64,000 bases of DNA, from the sequence record LC373201.2. The stretch is one strand, 5' to 3'. A program made the position numbers and the translations under genes. This document shows, one piece after another, positions 56,503 through 64,000 of this stretch. The notes below the pieces were generated by a model. That model worked only from the letters and a program-made list of their open reading frames with translations, was not told the origin of the DNA and searched no databases. Positions within the stretch are counted from its first letter, which is position 1, and every line of letters starts with the position of its first letter. This DNA comes from Enterobacter phage EspM4VN.

Positions 56503-56750
56503 TGCCGTTGTATGATTATCAATGTCAAGGGTGTGGCGATACCAAAACTCTGCGGAAATCCATCGCCGACCGCCATGAACCAGAGTCCAACCCATGCGTA
56601 GAGTGTGGATCGGAAGTGAAGATGGTCATCTATGCCCCGAAGATTGTTTCTGGGTTAAGGGACCACAGTCTGCGCCGGACTCCTTCAAGGACGTTCTGCG
56701 CACGATCAAGAAGAGTTCTGGCAAGGGGAACACGATCGATGTCTGATGAT
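56503..56750 (+). CDS. FmdB-family zinc-ribbon protein, probably frameshifted near ~56650
   Basis: MPLYDYQCQGCGDT...CVECGS is the FmdB signature. The C-terminal continuation reads naturally in another frame (...FWVKGPQSAPDSFKDVLRTIKKSSGKGNTIDV*). Confidence 0.4.
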
Positions 56751-56984
56751 AAATCACCAGCACAGGTGCTGACAGCAGACTCCTTCTCAGAAGCCGTGTT
56801 GCTCCGCGCCGCCCGTACCAGGGAAACTATCCTTGAGACCCTCGTGGCTGTCTGTGAAGAAAACGACATAGACGAAACAAAGGTCAGAAAAATGATCACA
56901 GCACCTCTTCTGTCCCGACTGACAGCTGAGTGCTCCGATGCACGTTTGATCAAAGACGTGCTGAAGTCGAAGAAATTAGTGTAG
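56742..56984 (+). CDS. hypothetical small protein (~80 aa)
   Basis: MSDDKSPAQVLTADSF... starts at an ATG overlapping the stop of the shifted FmdB-like frame. Confidence 0.35.
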   Translation, partial: SDDKSPAQVLTADSFSEAVLLRAARTRETILETLVAVCEENDIDETKVRKMITAPLLSRLTAECSDARLIKDVLKSKKLV

Positions 56985-56991
56985 GTGTAAT

Positions 56992-57231
56992 ATGAGCAAA
57001 GAATCAATTTACAGCGCAATGAAAGCTGCGGAGTTCCTTCCAGGCTCTATGCGCTGGCGTGTGGGTAGCATCAACGAGAACGCCGATCAGACGGATCGTA
57101 TTCGCTACGTCACCCCTGATGGTCGCTCATATGTTGTTGAGTACCACACCCACGACGAAGGCAAGAAGACGTTTTCGGACGTGTTCGACATTATTGAAAT
57201 TGACCCAGCGAATCAAGTGCTTAAAGGTTAA
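56992..57231 (+). CDS. hypothetical protein (79 aa)
   Basis: ORF followed by the hairpin acggggtataattaccccgc. Confidence 0.5.
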   Translation: MSKESIYSAMKAAEFLPGSMRWRVGSINENADQTDRIRYVTPDGRSYVVEYHTHDEGKKTFSDVFDIIEIDPANQVLKG

Positions 57232-57329
57232 TTCAATGTAGTAACGGGGTATAATTACCCCGCTGTAAATTAAATTGACAATACATGTGACAGAATAGCC
57301 CTGAGGGCGGAAACAGAGGAATCAACAAA

Positions 57330-58376
57330 ATGGGTAATTTATTCGACCGTCTGAAGCAGTCCCGTGGTCAGCAGACCGATGCAATGCAAGCGCGTCTGGC
57401 TCAGCAAGGTCAAAAGTCCGGCTTCCAGAAGGATCCTCGCATCTGGAAATGGACTTGGAACAAAGATGGTATCTCCCAGAACACCATCCGCTTCCTGCCA
57501 GTTCCGCTGGTAGACATCAAGGCACAGGATGAAGGTACGATCGATAAAGATCAGATCCTTACCCCGTGCGCCATGGTGATGAAGCATCAGTTCCAGGGAC
57601 CTGGTGGTTGGTACATCGAAAACTCACCTCAGACGTTCGGCAACGACGATCCGGTGCGCGACCATGACCGCCCGCTGTGGAAGCAGCAGAAAGATACAAA
57701 CGATGACAAGCTGAAAGACGTGCTGAAGAAGCGTCTGCCAGACACCAAATACTACGCCAACATCCTGGTGATTGAAGATGTCAACGTACCGGAAAACAAC
57801 GGCAAGGTCTTCCTGCTGGAGTTCGGTCCTGCCATCCTGAAGATCCTAGACCAGGCGCAGAATCCTAAGTTCCCAACCGACCCTAAATTCGATCCGTACG
57901 ATCTGTGGGAAGGTGCGAACCTGAATCTGAAGCTCTTCAGTGAGCAGAAGAAGTTCGGGAACTGGGAAGGTCCGGTGGCTAACTTCTCCAACGTGAGCTG
58001 GGCTGCGCCTGCGCCGTTGAGCGACGATGAAGCCTACATGGAAGACGTGTGGTCTCGTGAACACAGCCTGTTTGAATTCTTCAATCCGGCTAACTTCAAG
58101 AGCTACGAAGATCTGGAAAAACGTCTGCGTAAAGTTCTGGCGATCCCTGATGACCAGCCTCTGGTTGAGAACGGCGCGGCCACTATGGCTCATGCACCGA
58201 CCAGCCAGACTGCAGGTCAACAACCAGTGAAGCAACAGACTGCCCAGGATAGCCTGAACCAACAGCAGTCTCAGCAGTCTCAGTCTGCTGTAAATCAGCA
58301 GTCGGCGGCTCAGCAGCCGGATCCGAAAGGCACAGGGTCGATCGAAGACTTTGAAGCGTTCCTGAAGCAAAACTGA
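57330..58376 (+). CDS. 32: ssDNA-binding protein (T4 gp32 family)
   Basis: IRFLPVP, WYIENSPQTFG, ENNGKVFLLEFG and WEGANLNLKL parallel T4 gp32 (IRFLPS, WYIETCSSTHG, ENEGKVFKYRFG, WEGANFVLKV). Acidic Gln-rich C-terminal tail. A bidirectional terminator lies at 58384-58405. Confidence 0.85.
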   Translation: MGNLFDRLKQSRGQQTDAMQARLAQQGQKSGFQKDPRIWKWTWNKDGISQNTIRFLPVPLVDIKAQDEGTIDKDQILTPCAMVMKHQFQGPGGWYIENSPQTFGNDDPVRDHDRPLWKQQKDTNDDKLKDVLKKRLPDTKYYANILVIEDVNVPENNGKVFLLEFGPAILKILDQAQNPKFPTDPKFDPYDLWEGANLNLKLFSEQKKFGNWEGPVANFSNVSWAAPAPLSDDEAYMEDVWSREHSLFEFFNPANFKSYEDLEKRLRKVLAIPDDQPLVENGAATMAHAPTSQTAGQQPVKQQTAQDSLNQQQSQQSQSAVNQQSAAQQPDPKGTGSIEDFEAFLKQN

Positions 58377-58383
58377 TAACAAA

Positions 58384-58405
58384 GCCCTCTTCGGAGGGCT
58401 TTTTA
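58384..58405. terminator. bidirectional intrinsic terminator (gccctc-ttcg-gagggc, flanked by A-run and T-run) between gp32 and the convergent minus-strand gene
   Basis: aaa-gccctc-ttcg-gagggc-ttttt reads as a terminator on both strands. Confidence 0.55.
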
Positions 58406-59344
58406 TTTGCCCATCACGTCTTGCAATATCCCCAACAGGCTCGTCTTCTCCGCCGCCGTCAGGTTGTCATTGCCCATGATGTCACGAGAGATACCCACTG
58501 AGATGCGCTCGAAGTCCTGCAGGCTAATCCCAGCCAGATTGTTCACCAATTGGTCCAGCTGTTTGTAAGCCAAGAGAGCCTCGCCTGTGAAGTTCCCTTC
58601 TTTCACCTTGCGATAAAGCTGTCCGGCTTTGGAGGCCGCAGTTTCCCAATCGCCACTGGCAAGAGCATCAGCAATCCCAAGAGGAAGAAAATCGCTGGCA
58701 AGGCTGCGTGTTTCATATTCAGTCTCCGATAGCACTTTGTTGTATGAGAATGTGACATTGTACTGGTTGAACTGGTCTGTTGCGCCCTTGTCAAGTTCGA
58801 TTGTGCTGAAGTTGATCGGGTGGCTTCGACGATGTATACACGGTGAACAACCTGGTCTTCGGTATCCAGCTGCTCAATACAGATGTCTGTTACGAAGTCT
58901 TCGTAATAACCCATCTTGGTCGTGTACGGATCAAAGATCAGATTCTTCCATTTGTCCATTACAGACTTTTCGTAGTAATCATTGGCAAGCAGGAATGTCA
59001 GGTCCAGATCCACGTTCGATTTGTTGTTCGGCATCTTGATGTGGTTGCCGTTGTTGTTCATGGGCGTGGTGTCGATACCGACCCCTGGCATTCCAGCAAC
59101 CATACACATCATCTGGAGGAACGGGATGTCTGGTTTGTCCCTCCAAAGAAAGCGTTTACAATACGTGCAGACTGTTTGAACAGATCACCAAATGAAGAAC
59201 TGGTGGAGTACGCCTTGCCGTCATTGGTGAGGGTTGCATTACTGTCAAACACGCCAGGAGGAAGTGGGATGGTGACCCGAAACCGTTCTTGCGTGAGATC
59301 CCACGCTGCAACAATTCAGTGATGAAATTGCGATAGTCTTCCAC
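58403..59344 (-). pseudogene. minus-strand gene (~310 aa, probably structural) broken into at least 3 frames (track ORFs 58403..58735 and 58603..59112, and the two frames hand-translated across 59112..59344, the first being track ORF 59156..59344)
   Basis: All segments read as natural protein when joined (MEDYRNFITELLQRGIS | RKRFRVTIPLPPGVFD...NAFFGGTNQTSRSS | ...MMCMVAGMPGVG...VHRVYIV | ...STIELDKGATDQ...QDVMGK). Each frame change is consistent with one missing base. Confidence 0.4.
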
Positions 59345-59398
59345 GATGAGGACTCCACTTAAATATGATATCTGTTGTTACTTATAAGGAGTTGACAA

Positions 59399-60099
59399 AT
59401 GGCAAAGAACTCAGCAGGCGAAGAAGATCCGTTGCTGTTTCCGGCCGAGATGGACGCCCCCGAGTTGGTGAAGCGCTACATCCGCAAATACCGTCAACAC
59501 TTCGGTCCTGAGGCGAAGCGTAATATCCGCCGCTCTCATGTGTGGTTCATGGAGCGTGTGTCGAAGGATGCCAACCTGACACCAAACCACATGAAGCAGG
59601 CGTTCGCCGAGAACAAGCGCCCTGTGCAGGGTGTGCGTTATATGGTCGGGCGTATGTTCTACTTCAAATATGATGCTCTGACGAAGGATGAACTACCCTA
59701 CTGGATATGTACCCTCTGGTGTTCTTCTTCAACTTTGCCAAGGGCGATGGTATCACCTTCGGAGAGAAGGGTGTGACATACCTCTGGGGATTGAACATGC
59801 ACTACCTGCCACCGAAGCTCAGGCTGTTAGTGTTCGAAGATCTCATCAAGTTGCGCAACGAACGGGCGTACCGTTCAAAGACGCGCCTGAAGCTCACTTG
59901 GGATGCCCTGAAGCGGTTCGCTAACCACCCGCTGTACAATCACTGTGTGAAGCTGTACCGCGCCGACCGCTTCCGCACTCAGCTCTATGAGATTGAGCCG
60001 CAGTACTGGGAAGTTGTCCTCTTCATGCGCACGGCTCGCTTCCAGAAACAGAGTCAGATGTCTGTGTGGAAAGATGCACGACGCGTTCATAAGAAGTAA
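59399..60099 (+). CDS. hypothetical protein (~233 aa) with one frameshift near 59705
   Basis: ...YDALTKDELPYW in frame 2 continues as DMYPLVFFFNFAKGDGITFGEKG... in frame 1. Adding one G (tgg to tggg) restores the frame. Confidence 0.45.
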
Positions 60100-60164
60100 T
60101 AGTTCTATAACCCGTTCCGAGGATAATTCGTGAACGGGTAATCCTTCAACAATGAGGCTATATC

Positions 60165-60916
60165 ATGTCACAAATTTATCGTCTGTTCGGTCTGGAGTTC
60201 ACGCCAGCCCGTCTTGAAATGAAACTCCCAAACTTTGAAAAGAGCGGGTTCGAAGTCGGTTGCGTTCTGGGTTCGATCGCAATGGCAGGTCTATCCGTGA
60301 ACACAACATCTTTGACGTGCTGGGATTGAAACCAGACAGTGAAACAGCAATCCAGTTCGAAGAAGACATTCGTTTTGGTCATGCCGACCTGTACGATTAT
60401 GTTCGCGACGTTATCGCTGGCTACGAGCATGCCAAAGCGCACATGAAGATGGCGACAGAGGCTTGTTTGAAGCTATCGCACTGTCTGTACTTCTTCGGCC
60501 GCAAACGTCAGGACTTCTGTATGCAATTCCCATCAGAAGTTCTCGCTCGCTTCTCTGAAACCGAATTCCTGGTGAAGCAGGCGGACGGCGTTGCTATCAA
60601 ATCCAGCGACGTGTTCCAACATCCAGTCAATTTGGTTTCAGGTCATCTGCTGGTCGGGCGCGATCAGGTTGACCTGGCTATTCATCCGGATATGGAATAC
60701 GACCAGAACTCTTGCCGTGCCATCCATAACTACATTGGTGTCATCCTCGACACTCTGTATGCTGCGATGGAAGAAGTAATGGCCGCCGAGCAACAAGAAG
60801 AGGTCATTCGTCGTATCCGCGCAGACATCGAAGGGAAGGTGAAGCAGGACGTCCTGGGTCATAACCTCCCAGAGCACTGTCCCGAAGTTCCGAACTTCTA
60901 TCTGGCCAAAGAATAA
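60165..60916 (+). CDS. hypothetical protein (~250 aa) with a probable frameshift near 60240-60330
   Basis: Start with the GAGGCTATATCATG context gives MSQIYRLFGLEFTPARLEMKLPNFEKSGFEV.... The C-terminal 218 aa (track ORF 60260..60916) are in another frame. Confidence 0.4.
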
Positions 60917-60962
60917 TTGGTTTTCAATATTGACGTTGAAAGTTAATATTCACGCAAGTTCG

Positions 60963-61052
60963 CGCCCCGCTTGGCTGGGCGCTGTTTAACACGAAGGTGT
61001 TAACTTCTTTTCAATAAAAAGTGGTTTACATCTATGAAAAATGCAGTATATT
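60963..61052 (+). promoter_or_regulatory. terminator (gcgccc-cgcttggct-gggcgc-tgttt), then an ACTTCTTTTCAATAAA element and promoter TTTACA-N16-TATATT
   Basis: Read directly, upstream of gene 61123. Confidence 0.45.
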
Positions 61053-61122
61053 ATGTTCTCACTACACGGTCAGAACAGCAATATGCCGCGAAGACGGTCT
61101 TAATAACGAAAGGGTTTTTATT

Positions 61123-62048
61123 ATGTCATATATTCTTCATGTAGAATCTGGTTCCAAATTTGATATTGAAGGCAAAGACGTTGCGGCTATCCAGGCTGAG
61201 ATCAAGGCCGCAGGCCTGCTGATTGGCAACGTTACCCTGCGCCGCATGGTTGAAGGTGCGCTTGAATCCGCTAACGGCTTCGAACTCATCGAAGGTCTGA
61301 GCGCTGAAGAGCAGGAAGAAACTCAGCAGGCTCTGGCGCAAGCCCAAGAGCAGGCCGATGCAACTGAAGCACTGAACGTAGCCGAAAACGTCGCTAACGA
61401 TACCCCGATTTCTGCTGACGCAACTTCTGGTGTTGCTTCTGCTGGCGACGGCGTTGCTGACACCGATACTGGTGCCCAGGACGTGAAACCTGCTGAAGAT
61501 GATCAGGCTGCCGACACTGGCACTTCTACCGCTTCATCCGATGCAATTAAAGACGCCGTGAATACTGCGCTGAAAGAAGGCGACCAGCCGTCTGACGCGA
61601 AGGTGGGTTCCCTGGCTTCCTCAATGCTGAAAGAAGCGGCGAAGGGCAAGACGTTGACGCCTATGCACCGCTGGAAGAGCGTAAGCGCCGCCACACCAAA
61701 CGCGAAGAAATGGTTGACGCCGCTCGTGCGTCCGAGCACGGTGCTATCTTGGCCGCGATTGAAGCGGGTGTGGTTCCAGGCGTCTTCCTGAGCTATGTTA
61801 ACCCTGACATGCGTTGGTTCCAGTTCCCTGTGACCGAACTGGCGAACCCTGAAAACCTGCACGCCCGCACCAACACATACGTTGATGTCGCGCCTATCGT
61901 TTCTGGTGGTTGGGGCTTTAGTCTGTACGTGAACGGCAAGTCTTTCACCAAACGCCAGAAGATCAAAGAGGCTGATGCCGAGTCTCTGGTCAAAGCAATC
62001 AACGCATGGTTGCCTCAGGCGCTGGCCGAAGCGAAAGCTGCTGCGTAA
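61123..62048 (+). CDS. acidic Ala/Glu/Asp-rich protein (~308 aa) with a frameshift near 61645
   Basis: Promoter TTTACA-N16-TATATT at 61025-61052. The N-terminus MSYILHVESG...MLKEAAKGK is in frame 1 and the C-terminus DVDAYAPLEERKRRHTKREEMVDAARA...AEAKAAA is in frame 3. Adding one G restores the frame. Confidence 0.45.
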
Positions 62049-62159
62049 TTTAAGTTCAGAAGCTGTTCAATAGATGAAGGGCTGCTATAATAGCAGCTCC
62101 TTTTGTTTATCGGAGCAGTCTATGTCCTACTCCCTCAAGGGCTACTGAAGCGCCCCGTA

Positions 62160-62798
62160 CACACATTTGTCAAGCCGCCTGTCGTAAAGGGATCTATCCG
62201 GCACGGGGGCAACTCTATTACGTCAAAGGCTCCAACGGTAGTGGTAAATCAACCGTGCCTTCTCAGCTGGCGGAGAGGATCCTCGGGCATATGTCGTGAC
62301 GCATGATGGCAAGATCATGTTGACCGTCTGCCCTTCGTTCAACGTCATCTGTGTCGGCAAATACGATAAATCGAACTCCAAAGGGTTGACACCCTGAAGG
62401 ATACTGAACAAATGCTGTTTGCCCTGAGCATCGCCGATCTACCTGAATATCAGGTATACGATGTGATCTTTGAAGGCATCATCCCTTCAACTCTGCTGAG
62501 TTCCTGGATCCCCCGCCTGACGCGCCCACCGCGCGAACTGGTCGTGCTCTTCATGGACACGCCTCTTGAAACCTGCATCGCCCGTGTCAAATCACGCAAC
62601 GGCGGCGCGGACTTCAATGAAAGTCTGGTGGTCGAGAAGTGGGAGCGCGTTCAGGACCACCGCCAGCGCCATAAGGGCTTGTTCCCTACGGTGGCCGCAG
62701 GTATGATGAAGTCTCACGGTCTAACAGTAGACCAGGCTGTAATGGCATTCCTCTGTCGTGATTTTGGGAGTATTGATGATGGAAATCAAAGCAATTAA
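62160..62798 (+). pseudogene. P-loop nucleotide/DNA kinase (candidate 5-hydroxymethyluracil-DNA kinase-like), split across 3 frames
   Basis: Walker A YVKGSNGSGKSTVPSQLAERILG is in frame 2. The middle segment VVTHDGKIMLTVCPSFNVICVGKYD is in frame 1. The C-terminal 128 aa (track ORF 62412..62798) are in frame 3. It is adjacent to the TS-family gene. Confidence 0.4.
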
Positions 62799-63750
62799 CA
62801 ACAATGACATGCTGAAGCAGGCTGTCTTGGCTATCCGTGAGCACGGAATTGAATCTGATCCTGGTAATGCGGAGATCAACACTGACGGCACTCGCTTCCT
62901 TGATGGCGTGACGATTACCGTCTCTGACATCCGCGATCGCTGGCTGTCTGTTGAAGGCGCAATTCATCAGCCATCGCCGCCATCGGCGAGACGTTCTGGG
63001 TTCTGTCTGGGCGCGATGATGTTCGCTTCCTGTCCCGCGTGTTACCCCGCGCCGCCAACTTTTCTGACAACGGTCACACATGGCGAGCCGCTTATGGTCC
63101 GCGTCTGTACGCCCATGGCCAGCTGGATAGCGTTATCAACCGCCTGCGCAAGAACCCAAACACCCGCCAGGCGTACCTCACCATCTATGATCCGGCTCTG
63201 GATTCGGATGCTGGTCTGGCGAAGTTCAGCGAGAGCGGCGAAGCGAAGACTAAGGACATGGTGTGTACCTGGCTCTGTTGTTCGCCATCGTTGAAGGTCG
63301 CCTGAACCTGACGGTCATCAACCGCTCACAGGATGTTCTGTGGGGGATGAGTTCAATCAACTTCATTGAGTTCTCTATTCTTCAGGAAGTGATTGCTCAG
63401 GTGCTGGATGTTGACGTCGGTCAGTACAAGCTCTTCTCCAACAATCTTCATTACTACAACAATGAAGTCAGCCAGAAGCAGCTGGGTAAGATCACGAAGG
63501 ACACCAAAGTAGAAGCTGGGTTCATCAACTCCATGATCCACTTCACGAACGTGACCACCAGAACCATATCCGCAATCTGTTCATGGGGTGCTTCATCACT
63601 GTGATATCGGTAGCCCGTGGGAAACTGTGGTTTCTCACCTGAAGGAATATGATGCTGATCGCGGCCTGATCGTGCAGATGGCATACTGCCTGTACTGCAA
63701 GCTCAACGACAAGCTCATCAACATGAACCTGATTCAGGATCTGGTTTGAA
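62776..63750 (+). pseudogene. thymidylate-synthase-family enzyme (candidate dUMP/dCMP hydroxymethylase), split across at least 3 frames
   Basis: GHTWRAAYGPRLYAHGQLDSVINRLRKNPNTRQAYLTIYDP parallels ThyA ...LGPVYGFQWRHFGA...DQL..VI..IK.NP.DRR.I. The downstream segment CTWLCC... / LLFAIVEGRLNLTVINRSQDVLWGMSSINFIEFSILQEVIAQVLD parallels the ThyA catalytic-Cys region. The pieces are track ORFs 62758..63294, 63039..63305 and 63263..63604. Confidence 0.45.
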
Positions 63751-64000
63751 CATCGCGCTCACCCATTCTCCGGTTGACCGCAAGATCGTTGATCCTAAGT
63801 TCCTGGAAGGTGCAGTAGATGTATCCGAACTTGAATTCTTTACGGGGCCAAGCGCTCCCGGTAAGGACTTCTGTTTGGAGTCCTTATCAGCTATCACCAT
63901 CTACAGGGCGATATGGACATCCAGCGCCTTCGTTCTCAGACGAACTGCGCCGTGTGGCCAACTACATCTACCCATGGCTCCCAGCGGAGGTAGAGGATGC

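Noticed and set aside
56202-56984. A single 260-aa protein spanning the whole ORF
   Set aside because: It contains three clearly different modules: a 2-TM membrane segment, an FmdB zinc ribbon starting at its own Met, and an acidic tail with its own ATG overlapping a stop in the shifted frame. It is more plausibly 2-3 small genes plus one frameshift.
1-64000. tRNA genes, a CRISPR array, an integrase or attachment site, or a transposon
   Set aside because: Scanning the intergenic regions found no GTTCGAATC/GTTCAAATC T-loop-like boxes with a cloverleaf context, no regularly spaced repeats, and no recombinase, transposase or terminal inverted repeats. The window looks like uninterrupted lytic-phage coding sequence.

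Overview
The window looks like a contiguous stretch of a virulent, T4-superfamily-related myovirus genome at roughly 50% GC. Coding is dense and almost entirely on the + strand. Gene content and order suggest an Ackermannviridae (ViI/CBA120/Limestone)-like phage rather than a Tevenvirinae. I recognise T4-core replication and recombination genes: sliding clamp gp45, clamp loader gp44/gp62, the translational repressor RegA, a split UvsW helicase, the late sigma factor gp55, gp47/gp46 (Mre11/Rad50), gp61 primase, gp32 SSB, NrdA/NrdB plus a glutaredoxin, PhoH and DenV. Also present are RNase HI, an HU-like protein, a DinG/XPD-like Fe-S helicase, several PD-(D/E)xK, RuvC-like and ParB-like nucleases, an endolysin and baseplate genes (gp25, a gp5-like hub carrying a CHAP peptidase domain, and a gp19-family protein). 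A Prs-like plus NAMPT-like gene pair matches the recently described NARP1 anti-defence NAD+ reconstitution module. It sits between two giant proteins (one TerD-like, one vWA) and next to an ACP-like protein whose phosphopantetheine-attachment serine is replaced by Glu. At the 3' end there is a P-loop kinase and a thymidylate-synthase-family hydroxymethylase, the thymidine-hypermodification genes typical of Ackermannviridae. Regulation is legible: repeated intrinsic-terminator plus sigma70-like early-promoter cassettes built around a conserved TTTACTTCTTCAATAA element, T4-type late promoters (TATAAATA), and a pervasive GGAACTATATCATG start-codon context. At least a dozen genes are interrupted by frameshifts, about 12 of them in the last 5.6 kb. 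Those I could examine sit in homopolymer runs and are repaired by adding one base, so I read them as sequencing or assembly indels rather than biology. No tRNA, CRISPR array, integrase or mobile element was found. Coordinates I adjusted by hand may be off by 1-3 nt.
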